A stretch of 22,552 bases of DNA from Ginkgo biloba. Lineage: Eukaryota > Plantae > Ginkgophyta. A model generated the notes under the pieces. The model was given only the letters and a program-made list of their open reading frames with translations. It had not been told where the DNA came from and did not search any database. The position numbers were made by a program, and so were the translations under genes. Below, piece after piece: positions 1-11,871 of this stretch (positions within the stretch are counted from its first letter, which is position 1; every line of letters starts with the position of its first letter). The DNA lies in NCBI GenBank assembly GCA_024626585.2, contig JANKJI020000004.1, forward strand, positions 130,628,239-130,650,790, in the 5' to 3' direction.

Positions 1-178
1 GAAGGACAATGCACAGGTTATGTGCTTGTGAGAAGGTATTTTTCCCAAAAAAGCAGGGGTGAATCCCTAGTTGGAACAAAGATAAAACCTCGTTTGCAGA
101 CGAAACTCTCATTTACTGAAAACGTTGGATGAAGAAGAGAAAAAACATAGTGGTTACTGAGTAGAGAAAGGGCACCGC

Positions 179-302
179 GAAGAACATAGCCAAAGCAAAC
201 CACCAGTTGTGGATTTATTCGTTGTGTGAAAGGAAGAATGTAGCCGAAGCAAACTGCTGGTTATGGATTATTCGCTATGTGAGAGGAAGAACATAGTTGA
301 AG
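179..302. repeat. Degenerate tandem repeat, about 54 bp x 2.3 copies
   Basis: Units start at 179 (gaagaacatagccaaagcaaaccaccagttgtggatttattcg...), 233 (gaagaatgtagccgaagcaaactgctggttatggattattcg...) and 286 (gaagaacatagttgaag). Confidence 0.8.
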
Positions 303-944
303 ATGAAAATGAATTCACCTTTGTTCTCAGTTAAAGGACCTTTGTTGAGTTCACAATTAAAGGAACTGTTGCCCGAGAAAATGCACTAGAAAACGTCCAT
401 AGTTGAAGGAACCGTCAATGGGAGCGAACGTAGAGGCCTGTAGAGAAGAAATAAAGGTCATTCGTTGAAGGAAACGACAGATGACCAGTGGGAGAAAAGG
501 ACGTAAAAATTGATTTGTGTCTGTGTCAGTTGGAGAAAAATTGTAGAGAGGTAGAATTCATCGCTGAATCGAAAACATCTTGCTTGAAAAAATCAAGTTT
601 TTTTGTAAATCTTAGAACTTTTCTAAAGTATAATTAAATTTTTGACTTAGCCCCTATGTTTTTTCATTTGGTCACACGTGTGTAATGGGACTAGAATAAA
701 ATGGCCAAGTTGTAAGAAAAGGGTGCTAGAGTTTATTGTAAGTTAAGAGGGAAAAAATGTTGTTTTTTCTGTCATTAGTCAAAAATCTTTAAAAGGGCTC
801 AAGTCAAAATTTTGTCATTTGTTGTGAAAAGTTTTTGTTTCTGTCTTGTTTTATGTAAACCTTCCATTAGTTGAAAATTGTTTTCCGTCAGTTGCAAAAT
901 TGCCAATTCTTTTTGAAATTNNNNNNNNNNNNNNNNNNNNNAAA

Positions 945-1152
945 ATAGCAACTGCACTTTCTAGAATTACATTGCCTGACAAATTCTAGGGTAGTTATTA
1001 TTCCACTTGGAAGATTAGGATGAAAGACATTGTCATCTTAAAAAGATTATGGGGAATTGTTACTGGACAAGAGGCAAGACTAGTTGGTTGAACACCCACA
1101 TATATAAGATAGCAAGAGGAATACGATAATTTCAATCAAGAGGCTTTAACTA
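945..1152 (+). mobile_element. Ty1/Copia gag N-terminus relic (pseudogenised). Bases 1-920 are probably its 5' leader.
   Basis: The frame from 945 reads IATALSRITLPDKF*GSYYSTWKIRMKDIVILKRLWGIVTGQEARLVG*TPTYIR*QEEYDNFNQEALT. This matches the Copia gag pattern KFxGxNYxxWKxRMxxxLxxxxLWxxVxG. Three in-frame stops. Confidence 0.8.
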
Positions 1153-1999
1153 NNNNNNNNNNNNNNNNNNNNNNNNNNNNNNNNNNNNNNNNNNNNNNNN
1201 NNNNNNNNNNNNNNNNNNNNNNNNNNNNNNNNNNNNNNNNNNNNNNNNNNNNGATGCCAAAGTGAGATGTGAACTTAGGAAGCACTTTGTCTTCCTTCCA
1301 ACTCAATTTCAATCTTATAAGATGCGTTTAATGAAAAGAAGCAACATCCATGCAATCTGATTTCCCTATCCTAAGTGCCAAAATTTGCGAGATGCACTAA
1401 TGTGGTATTTTGACATTCTGTTAGGAGAGGCACTAATGTGGTTGTAGATTTGAAATTGTCGTTAAGGGTTCCACAAAGAGACCTAGTCATCAACTATACA
1501 TATGGTTTTGTAGTTGTAGCCATGCGAAATTAATTGTTACATGGAAAGGACTTATTGTGACGATGATTCGACCTTGAGTGTTGTTAGCTAGCTCAATTCC
1601 TCTAAACATAGAATGCAGGCAAGAGATAACATGACCTTAAAACATATGCAAGCATTTGGGATTACATGCTTGGATCCAATAGGGATTTTGTGGCTAGTTG
1701 CTTCAAATGATTGTTTTATATCTCCAACTCTGCCTGTGAGGGTTCTAGAAACAATCGACAATCTTTGAGGCTATCGTCATTTTCTTCACTTTATTCTTTT
1801 TTGTACATGTTAATTAGGTAGAGATAGAAGATTGGAGACGTTTTCGGTACTTTTGTTCATCTGTGGATGTTATTATATTTATTTTATTTCCTTCGCAACC
1901 TTAGTGATCTATAGGAGAGATAATTAGTAAGTACTTTGTTTATTGACAATAATACATTTTCTTGTAATAGCTTGAAAGATTTCATTCGTTGGTTTACAG

Positions 2000-2056
2000 T
2001 TGCCAAACATACGAGGGCGGTATTGCAGGTGAACCTGGTGCTGAAGCTCATGGTGG
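2000..2056 (+). CDS. ERA1: Protein farnesyltransferase beta subunit, internal coding exon A (57 nt, phase 2 to 2): (S)CQTYEGGIAGEPGAEAHG(G)
   Basis: Manual translation from 2001 gives CQTYEGGIAGEPGAEAHGG, the conserved FTase-beta prenyltransferase repeat containing the EAHGG His motif. Acceptor tttacAG (1998-1999) and donor GTaggt (2057). The phase matches the next exon (GG|G = Gly). Confidence 0.96.
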
Positions 2057-2231
2057 GTAGGTCACTACATTTCATAAGACATTGTGATTCAACTATTTCA
2101 TATTNNNNNNNNNNNNNNNNNNNATAATTGCTATTAGACTAACGTACATTCTGATGTAGATCTTTTTATGTCATGAAATGTTTCCAAGTTTTTTGAGGAG
2201 CTAACTTAGGTTTTCAAAAACACTTTTCAAG
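2057..2231 (+). other. Short GT-AG intron (175 nt including a small N gap)
   Basis: GTaggt...ttcaAG between in-frame exons A and B. Confidence 0.92.
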
Positions 2232-2304
2232 GTACACATTTTGTGGGTTGGCAACCTTGATCTTGATCAATGAAGCTCATCGATTGGACTTACCAAGCCT
2301 TCTT
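2232..2304 (+). CDS. ERA1: FTase beta internal coding exon B (73 nt): (G)YTFCGLATLILINEAHRLDLPSLL
   Basis: Continues the EAHGG-YTFCGLA motif in frame. Acceptor cttttcaAG (2230-2231), candidate branch point CTAAC at 2201-2205, donor GTaaga at 2305 (phase 0). Confidence 0.96.
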
Positions 2305-4789
2305 GTAAGATAGTCCTCTTTGTAGTATTATGATGCATATACATTATTATTTCTTTTCCTTTTAATTTCCTAACTANNNNNNNNNNNNNNNNNNNNNNNN
2401 NNNNNNNNNNNNNNNNNNNNNNNNNNNNNNNNNNNNNNNNNNNNNNNNNNNNNNNNNNNNNNNNNNNNNNNNNNNNGTTGTTAGTAGAATTTTATAAACT
2501 GATATTCAAATAACACTTTATGGAAATTGTTGCCATGAGTCTGTACTAGCTGAATCCTTAAAAAAATGAATTTAAAATAAAATGGGCATTATGAATGTGT
2601 GTTGCACACAAGCACATTCTATGTAAGAGACGGTGCCTATGAAGTTGACTAAGTTGTAGTGCTCTAATTGCATTGGAAAGGGACCAAAATTAAGAGCAAA
2701 ATCATATCTTCCTGCCCTTCACATCATTTACACATTGCATACAACTCTACAACAATAAATTATCGCTCAAATACTGTTTGCATTGCTTTTCTTCTCCATA
2801 TTTTCCTATTTGGATGAATGTAGTAAGAAAGAAATTATACCTAGAGAGGGAACTCTGCTAAGGTTTCAATGGAAGGAGAGACACCTCTCCCTCCTGCCCT
2901 TAACCCTGTTTGAGTTCGGATCAACTGTCAAAGGAGGCAAAGGTCTAACAGAATGCAAGGTGGAGAAGGGCCTCTTTCTCGACATCATCTTTGGAAATAG
3001 CTTGGAGGCTTTTGTTGCTCTCGATTTTTGGAGGTTCCAGTGGGCGGCTGAACCCTGTGCATTGGGCGAGTTTTTTGACTCAAAAGAAAAGAGGCGGAGT
3101 CTTGGCAATGGCATCGCTGGGTAGCAACCTATTCACAGATTTCGAGTGGCAACTCATGAGTTCACAACAGCATTGTGGTGTGCATGTCCACCTTCTTCTC
3201 AACCCTATAGGGTTTGTGTTGTATTTTGGTGCCCTATGTAATCTTATTTCATTCTCGATTTAGTTCATAAGGTGTGTTGATTTCGATGCCATGTGTGGAG
3301 ATGTAGTGTCTAGTGTTTTTGTGCCCTACATGGTGCATCTTCTTTCTTTCTCCGCGTATCGCATGTTGCACAACTTTTCCTGCTGCACGCATGTTCTCTT
3401 TCGGTGATCGGCCCTCGGGCTTCTTCTCTCTTGTCCCTGCACGTTCTCTGCACTAATGCACAAGGTGTATTTACACTTTCGTGTCTTGCACAAGGTTGCG
3501 GTAGTTCTGCCGGTGGACATTGGTCTGTCCTACATCGAATGGTCCATGGTGAGCAATTTATACAAAGAATGTGAACACCTTGTCTTGCGCATTCTACCTT
3601 CTCTGTCGGTTTGTGATTTCTCCTCTGTGTAGTGCACACCCTCCGCAATGTCTCCATGCCCTGCACGACCCCTTTCCATGCCTACGTAGACTAGCGCACG
3701 GTCCCCTCCACGTCCTACACGGTGGTTTTCAACCTCTAATGGCCGTTGGCCATTCTCTTCCAAACTACACACTCTTCTTGGACATTTTTCAAATCTTGGC
3801 AAACGGGATTTCTTTATCTTCTCTGCTCTCAACGAACTTTGTTACAAATTCCTTTCTGACTGCAACGACGACCAACAACATGATTTTCTTCCTCACAAAT
3901 CAAGGGTTAAAATTTTGAATTTTGAATTATCTTACCTGTTTTTTTTTTTTTTTTTTCATTTGTGCGAGCAAAAACATATTTAACTAGGGTTTCACCCTGT
4001 GTTTATCTCTGCAACATTTTTTTGCTTTTTGAGAAAAATATTCTAGGGTTTTCACCCTGTGAAATTTAATCTAGGGTTTTAAGCCCGAATTTCAGAGGTG
4101 GGAACCTCTAAATTTTCCTAGCAAATGATTGCTCAATTTTTTTCTATAAATAACTGCTTAATTTTTTTCAGCAAATGACTGCTCTTGGATTTTAGAAATC
4201 CGATTTTCACAACTTCACCCTTGAAGGGTATAACAGGGATTTTTCCATGAAATTTTTTGACATANNNNNNNNNNNNNNNNNNNNNNNNNNNNNNNNNNNN
4301 NNNNNNNNNNNNNNNNNNNNNNNNNNNNNNNNNNNNNNNNNNNNNNNNNNNNNNNNNNNNNNNNNNNNNNNNNNNNNNNNNNNNNNNNNNNNNNNNNNNN
4401 NNNNNNNNNNNNNNNNNNNNNNNNNNNNNNNNNNNNNNNNNNNNNNNNNNNNNNNNNNNNNNNNNNNNNNNNNNNNNNNNNNNNNNNNNNNNNNNNNNNN
4501 NNNNNNNNNNNNNNNNNNNNNNNNNNNNNNNNNNNNNNNNNNNNNNNNNNNNNNNNNNNNNNNNNNNNNNNNNNNNNNNNNNNNNNNNNNNNNNNNNNNN
4601 NNNNNNNNNNNNNNNNNNNNNNNNNNNNNNNNNNNNNNNNNNNNNNNNNNNNNNNNNNNNNNNNNNNNNNNNNNNNNNNNNNNNNNNNNNNNNNNNNNNN
4701 NNNNNNNNNNNNNNNNNNNNNNNNNNNNNNNNNNNNNNNNNNNNNNNNNNNNNNNNNNNNNNNNNNNNNNNNNNNNNNNNNNNNNNNNA

Positions 4790-5210
4790 ATATTCTAACA
4801 TTAATTGGCCTTTCTTTGCCCTTGTAGAAGAGGACAAGTTGTCACATGATGAAAAGTTTTGCTTGCTACTACATCTTATATTATAAGACTGGAAATCATG
4901 AGTTTGTGTTGACCATTTACACTCAAGAGTTTATCAGTTCTCCCATTCCTGCATTCACTTGCCTCCTGATGTCGTGCCATGATATATTTGTTGTATCAAT
5001 CAATGACATTTAGTGGGAATTAGTCTGTTCCTATCAGAAGCATTAGAAGCATCTAAATACCTTCTAGACTTGCTTAGCCAAGCATGGAAGTATGCTTTAG
5101 TTCCTTTGCCAACAAACTCTGACATCTTCAATTGTTGCAATAGTCTAGTATCTTGATTTTTGTCCTTTTCTCTATTCATGGGATTGGAGCTAGGGCTTTC
5201 ACTCACTTGT
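4790..5210 (-). mobile_element. Ty3/Gypsy gag relic
   Basis: ORF 5000..5206(-) reads LKMSEFVGKGTKAYFHAWLSKSRRYLDASNASDRNRLIPTKCH, then after a frameshift LIDTTNISW. This resembles the retrotransposon gag pattern PxFxG...WL...RY...D..R....HL....WW. A degenerate PBS lies upstream in the same orientation. Confidence 0.6.
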
Positions 5211-5473
5211 GCAATGGAATATGTTCCTTATCTTTGTCTTTTGATCATTGGTTTGTCCTACACTTCTTCTTTATTTGAAAATTTTCTCTTAGTAGTTAAG
5301 TGGGCCCTGCTTCTTACATATGCTATAAGGTCTCGCACTTTGTCATTTGGTCATTTTGGAAACTTCTTCCTTCAGTTGGTTTAATCTTTGTTGTTCTTCA
5401 TTAATATCCTTTCCCATTTGTTCCATATTCCTTGTGGATGCTATCTTTGTAGAAGAATGTGAACCGAAACTCA

Positions 5474-5491
5474 GCTTTGTTACAACTGTCA
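5474..5491 (-). mobile_element. Degenerate tRNA-iMet primer-binding site and 5' LTR boundary of the minus-strand Gypsy relic
   Basis: gctttgttacaac|tgtca resembles GCTCTGATACCA-nn-TGT (reverse complement of LTR..CA + TGGTATCAGAGC) and sits about 270 bp upstream of the gag relic. The LTR would extend rightward from 5487. Confidence 0.45.
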
Positions 5492-7949
5492 CTAGTTCTC
5501 GACTCTGATTTATAGAGCCTACATCGTACTCAACAAATATATAATCTATAAGATAGACTAAGCCCTCTCTTGCACAAGGTGCATCGTAGCTCAGGAGTCC
5601 AATGACTTAATAGGACTTGGCAGAGCTTTATATGTGTTCCATTGGTGTTAGTTTTGGTTATGGGAATCCTTCCAATACATGTAGTTATGGGAAATCATTC
5701 CTTGTATATAACATCCCACCTAGCCATCTAGGCTTATCAATAGGTCTTGTAAGCATCATCCATACATCATAACAAATGCCCAAATGTGAATTAGATCTTT
5801 AAAAACATAGCAAGGGAATTGAGCCCTCAAGTAATTCATTCATTTAACTAGTAAATTCCACCATAGTCATGGGACAACTATAAAAGGTTAAAGGTTAAAA
5901 TCCAATAATAAGACTTAGTGGTGAGCTTAAGTAGTATAAATCTTAGTTGCTTTGATGTTTGCAACACTTCCAATGCATTTTTTTAGCTCAACAAACTCCT
6001 ACAAAGAGTTTCTACACAAGTCCTTGGGGTTTTTCTCCAATTTGTTGCAAGTTGCTTTGCTATGAGTTGACTAAAGTACTTCTACCTTTGTTCTACTTCT
6101 TGTAGCTAGAATTCTATTGCTTTTGCTTTCACTTATTGTAAGCCAGAATTTCACTCCTGCTTCCAACAACATATTGAATTGAAAAATTAGCTTCCAATCC
6201 TTATCTGGTGTTCAAACACCCAATGTGATAGTCCTTCCTTCTAGACCTGCATTGAAGAACAACTTAGACCCATAATTGATAGGTTGTTATGAAGATATGG
6301 GCAAGGTGACTTTCATACTTACATTAGATGTTAGTTTCAACCACAAAAATGTAGTAATAAACGTGCTAATGTATTGCAGGTATTTTACTATGTCAATCTA
6401 TGGTAGCAGAATGTAAAATACAATAAGAATGGCATGTTTAAAAAAGGAAATTGCTATGACTAAGGTCTACTTGCAATAATTACCTTAACTAATCGTTGTT
6501 GGCCGTGGGGACCAACTAAAACGACTTAGTATGTTGGCAGCCAAACATCCGACAATCAAACACATATTTTGTCATCATATAGCTATTATAATTGATCTGT
6601 TAGACTCCACCTCTTATCCCAACGTTAGTAAGGGTGCCATTTGTAGGTTTATTTCAATCCCTTCTTTAGAACCACGATAATCCTAACAGTTAGGATATCC
6701 ACCCCAACTAACAGTTATTTATTTATATTAATTTCTCATATGGTCACCAAATGCTAAGGCTACAACAACAACCCTAGAACGAGAAATACACTAGCATAGT
6801 TAGGCACCGATTTAAATAATTAAACCCTAATCTAATAAAAGAATTAGGGTGCATTCTACATAGTTGTCCATTTTAAAGAAAAGTCTATTCAAAACAAAAA
6901 ATCCTAAAAATGAAACAAGATAAGACAAGACTTATCCCTTTTATCCTGAATTTTTATTCCTTAAGACTTATCCCTCTTAGGACATTAAGTCAAGTGGTCT
7001 CCCCTCTAGCTACTTAGACCCCCTTTTGCTCATCAATTGCTCCCCTCTAAGGGAGAAATGGGCCCTATTGCTTGATCCATCAAATGAGGAAACTCTTTTT
7101 GAATTTTGTCCATAGCCATTCACATTGCTTATGTGGATATTGTCCATTTATCCCCATCAAGAAAGAATAAATAATAGTAAACCTCATCTTTTTGGCTTGG
7201 TGCTAAATGATCTTGTCCTCCTTTGGTCATTCCTCGTAATCTAGCTAAATGTCATTAGATTGTTTTGGGAAACTATCTCCATCCTTATCCAACAAAGAAT
7301 GCTTATGTGATTTTAGCTACTCCACATTAAAAATAGGTTGCAAACCCATACAGGGTAGGAAATCCAATCGAAAAAAAATTCTCTCTAGATTGCCTCAAGA
7401 TGATATAAGGACCATATCAAAGTGGCTTTAACTTCCTCTCTTTTCTNNNNNNNNNNNNNNNNNNNNNNNNNNNNNNNNNNNNNNNNNNNNNNNNNNNNNN
7501 NNNNNNNNNNNNNNNNNNNNNNNNNNNNNNNNNNNNNNNNNNNNNNTCAAGAAGAGAATTCAAAAGTACCACGAGCGTTCGTGAGGAGGGTTATCTCTTG
7601 GAAAGAGAGATGACCCTAGTTCCTAAATGAAGGAAGGAACCTTCGCCTTGACACTCTTCCCAATTGCAGGGGGTGGACTCAAACGGAGAGGTCATTTGGG
7701 GTTGACGGTTAGTGTTGGTGGTGTCAGAGGTTTGCGTTAGCAACTGTGGTTAAGTCCTTTGGGGGTCCTCATGGCCAATAGCGGTAGCTTGTATATGACA
7801 TAGTAACTTCCCCCTAGGTCCTAGCGATCTAGTCTGTCTTCCTGATTGCATGGCATGTTGTGTGCTTATAATTTATTATGCTATTTCATTATTGGATTTG
7901 TAACTTATTAACTAAGTGGTTGGGTTGAAAGACCGGAGTATTACACATA

Positions 7950-8192
7950 TCACATCTTGTTTTTGAGAGATTCCAAAATCATTATCACAATAGTGATGAG
8001 GCTTCATGAGAGAGTGGTTGGTCATTTTCGTACCTCACATAGTGTCTTTGGAGAAATTCGAACCACAATTAGGGTTAAGCAAGGATGCCACTCTCCCTGA
8101 CACTCTGCAGGTTGAATATCCATGAGTTTGAGCAACTCCTTAGAAAGACCACTCATGCAAATGATGGATGTCTTTTACATTATTTTTTGATA
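7950..8192 (+). mobile_element. Non-LTR retrotransposon (LINE) reverse transcriptase fragment
   Basis: Reads IVMRLHERVVGHFRTSHSVFGEIRTTIRVKQGC / (1-nt frameshift) LSLTLCRLNIHEFEQLLRKTTHANDGCLLH. This is a decayed GVKQGCPLSPTLFxLxIxxLE RT motif, truncated before the FADD motif. Confidence 0.75.
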
Positions 8193-8269
8193 TAGAAGGT
8201 GGCATACCACACATCTTCCGACATCTCAGAGAGGTTCGATTGCTATGGATCAAATGTTTAACATTTTCA

Positions 8270-8953
8270 AAGTCCATGAGAATAGTTCAAAATATCAATT
8301 ATACAATGATTGTTAGAAATACATAAAATCACTAGGAAGTCCAATACAATTGACTCCAAAACAAGAAAAAGAACTGAAAAATAATGAGGTTGAAAAGTAC
8401 ATTGTCAAAGAAAATAAGGGATAAAAGTCATATGATAATGAAGATGATAATGATTCCCTAGTTAAGGATAAGAAAGAAAAAGGAGAATGTCAAGAATCAA
8501 AGACCATAAGTGACAAAGATGAACAAGAAGCAGAATATTGTAAGGAATTAGATCATAGTAGTGATTTAGACAAAGGATATAATAAAGAAAAGATGCAGAA
8601 AGAAACCTTCATTGAAGAAGCACCAAAGGAAACAATGACAACACACAAACAAGAGTACAAACAATGAAGGTAAAGTTTTTTCCAACATCAATAGAAGTAC
8701 TACCAAGGATATACGCATTCAAGGTTCATGGGTATATACAAAAATCCAAACTACTCATGATGGTATATGCAAGGGCTACACTAAATTTTATAGATAGAAG
8801 ATAAGTTAAAAGATTAAGATTACAAGTCAAGAGACATCAATTTCCCATTGTGACCACAAGACAGAAGCAGCTTATGTGTGAAGGCATCATAAAAAATGTA
8901 CAAGTACAAATGGGTAAATATATATTTAATGATTCTTTCTTTGTTGCTCCAAT
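8270..8953 (+). mobile_element. Ty3/Gypsy gag-protease relic (E/K/D-rich linker followed by aspartic protease)
   Basis: The frame from 8712 reads YAFKVHGYIQKSKLLMMVYARATLNFIDRR*VKRLRLQVKRHQFPIVTTRQKQLMCEGIIKNVQVQMGKYIFNDSFFVAP. It aligns to the retroviral-type protease pattern FKVxGxI...LIDSGATHNFID...VxRL, with the catalytic DSG decayed to YAR. Confidence 0.78.
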
Positions 8954-11871
8954 NNNNNNNNNNNNNNNNNNNNNNNNNNNNNNNNNNNNNNNNNNNNNNN
9001 NNNNNNNNNNNNNNNNNNNNNNNNNNNNNNNNNNNNNNNNNNNNNNNNNNNNNTTTGGACGCAAGTCAGCTGATGGGACCCCATACTCTATATCATAGAG
9101 TGGTGTGCACGTGAATTTCTAGCAAAATGCCAAAATACTCCAAAGGATTTGGATACCAAGGACCAAAAAGGTCCTATAGAGCGAATGACAAAAAATGAAA
9201 TTCAGCACTTTTCAATAGAAAGCCCAATTCACTTGCTTGCTTAAAATTTTAATTTTGGATTTTCGAAGTTGGGTTTGTACAAACTCAGTTTCTGTTAAAG
9301 TTTTATGTTTGAAAGTATAGTTAAGTTCCAATGTGTGAAACATTCCATTCTTAGCTCCTTTTGTCTCTCTATGTGGGCCCAAAGTTTTAGCTCTTCATGC
9401 CTTACTACTATGTCCTCTTATCTCCTTCCCTCAAGCCATCTAGAACAAAAGAAGACACTCATATTGTTCAAGGGGAATAATATTTATTGGTTTGTAGGAT
9501 CGCATCTTGAATTCTATTAAGTTGTGGTTCCTAGATGTTGGATATAGCTTCATCCTTTAAGCTCAACACCTATAGTAGTAATATCTAGTCACTCAAGGCT
9601 TTTTTCATTAGGGTCTAATTCTGGTGGAAAGTGACTAAAAATGACTTGTGGAAAGTGACCTCTGGTCCCTAGAGTAGGGCAAGTTGCTCCATGTCTCTCA
9701 AATGTTTCTTATGAAGGCAACAAATTTTCTTGAAGCTGATCTGATCTGCTCCGAAACAAAAATGGAAAGAATGCTGATGAATGTAATCATGTGAGCTTGT
9801 AAATACTGCCTTAAATGCAAATAAGGAACCTAGTTATGCATTTCAGTCATTGGTACAATGTCTAGGGAGCCCCTATGAGTGGTCAACAATACATCATGAC
9901 TGCATTGGCAGCACAGCCTGACAACTGGAAAAACTTGAAATGACTGAAACGTTCTCATATGGTGTACATTAGGTTCCAATGGCTACTCTTGTTGAAGGAA
10001 AAGTTGAGCCGTACACAATGGGTGTGAGACCCAGAGCAAAGGACAGCATTTATCTTTACAGTTCCATGCTTCCACACTTGGACCCAATTGGAAGGGCAAT
10101 TAACTTGTTCCTACATTATGCAAGAATTTTTCTTCTTTTTTAAGCAGATTTCTTCTACAAAGTCTTGGTCTCTGATTGATAAGCTGTACAACCTTTATTT
10201 GGGCTATAACAATTACTTACTTTTCAAACAAATGATTGAAGAAGTGGGACTTAATATTTGTTTTAGCCTAGGTATCTTCATGAAAACTATTGTCTATTTT
10301 TAATATGTAATTTGCTTCTTTCACTAATATGAACTAAAGAATTATTGTATATGTCATATGCTATGTCTAGCTGGTGTTAACTTCAAATGTATATGTACAT
10401 GTAAAAACTTCAAAAGAAAATAGGGTTTTAATATTTTGGACAATATAGATGTTTAAACAGAAAGTTTAAATGTTTAACAATTTACTGACACATGTTGCCC
10501 TGCAAGAGCACTCTCGATATTCATCCATGACTAATTTCTAGTGACTCTTAATAAAAACCTTCCTCTCTTTCTGGTTCTTCCACATCCATCCAATAAGTGT
10601 TTGATGCCTACCTGTTTTTTAACATGATACCATAAATACAAACTCTTTGGGCTGTGTTTACAGGTGTTATTTTTACTTGATGGGCCAACACTTGTGGTTT
10701 ACTGCTTGTTACACATTTTTTCAGTATAGTTGGCACTATGTTTCNNNNNNNNNNATCACAATGGGGAAAAACATAGCTAAAATGATCAAATGAGAACAAA
10801 CATTCCCGTGTGACAGCATTAGGAGCATGATGTCAAAACTTGCATGTTATCTTTGAAAATGATTCTGTGATGCAGCCCTTTATGGTTCAGCGCCTTTTTC
10901 AGTTCAGCTCATGCATGGGCCTACACATTGTCTTTCTTCACAAATTATTTTTGTCGAACTTGGCTTCCTGGCATTCTCTCTTTTCACCTTACATCCCTGC
11001 CTTCCCTATTGCCCACATAGCCCCTCAATAATGCATTACAATATGTTGGACCTGAAAAGATCTTCTACAGGCATATTTTTGGCTTTCACTGTTTTTTGCG
11101 ATTGTGTTTTGAACTATGAAGGTTAATTCTGAATAAACACTGCCAATGTATCATGCCTACATATGCTCTTGTCAGGCCTTATTGTGGTGTTTGCAGTATT
11201 AAACCTAAGTAACTACATTTCTTAGCATCAAAACGGAAAATGAAGCCATGGTGGTCTGTACATGCTGCAGCCTTTTAAACCTGAATCAATACTCTCTAGA
11301 AAAGAAAAAAGGGGAAAATTGCCATGGTGGTCAATTCATGGAAGCAAAGTTAAGGAAAGAGTGAATTGANNNNNNNNNNNNNNNNNNNNNNNNNNNNNNN
11401 NNNNNNNNNNNNNNNNNNNNNNNNNNNNNNNNNNNNNNNNNNNNNNNNNNNNNNNNNNNNNNNNNNNNNNNNNNNNNNNNNNNNNNNNNNNNNNNNNNNN
11501 NNNNNNNNNNNNNNNNNNNNNNNNNNNNNNNNNNNNNNNNNNNNNNNNNNNNNNNNNNNNNNNNNNNNNNNNNNNNNNNNNNNNNNNNNNNNNNNNNNNN
11601 NNNNNNNNNNNNNNNNNNNNNNNNNNNNNNNNNNNNNNNNNNNNNNNNNNNNNNNNNNNNNNNNNNNNNNNNNNNNNNNNNNNNNNNNNNNNNNNNNNNN
11701 NNNNNNNNNNNNNNNNNNNNNNNNNNNNNNNNNNNNNNNNNNNNNNNNNNNNNNNNNNNNNNNNNNNNNNNNNNNNNNNNNNNNNNNNNNNNNNNNNNNN
11801 NNNNNNNNNNNNNNNNNNNNNNNNNNNNNNNNNNNNNNNNNNNNNNNNNNNNNNNNNNNNNNNNNNNNNNN

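Larger units (their letters stand above)
2305..11871 (+). other. Long TE-filled intron, nominally about 9.5 kb (acceptor inside the N gap)
   Basis: Donor GTaaga at 2305. The next FTB residues appear only at 11872 and the protein is colinear across the interval. Contains several retroelement relics. Confidence 0.9.

Noticed and set aside
179-302. CRISPR-like repeat-spacer array
   Set aside because: The whole units are homologous with no unique spacers, there are only about 2 copies, the context is eukaryotic, and no cas genes are present.
1253-1997. Search for the preceding FTB exon (VASxLNIL...VGxYIxS-type peptide)
   Set aside because: No matching frame with splice sites was found. The exon presumably lies upstream of the window or in a gap.
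4133-4886. Long ORFs here, at 11331-11920 and at other gap-spanning positions
   Set aside because: Artefacts of translating N runs as X.
10755-11100. Possible minus-strand LINE RT relic (GAMWAIGK...EAKFDK...)
   Set aside because: Similarity to the E..WA...DFxKAFD motifs is too degraded to support by eye. It needs a profile-HMM search.
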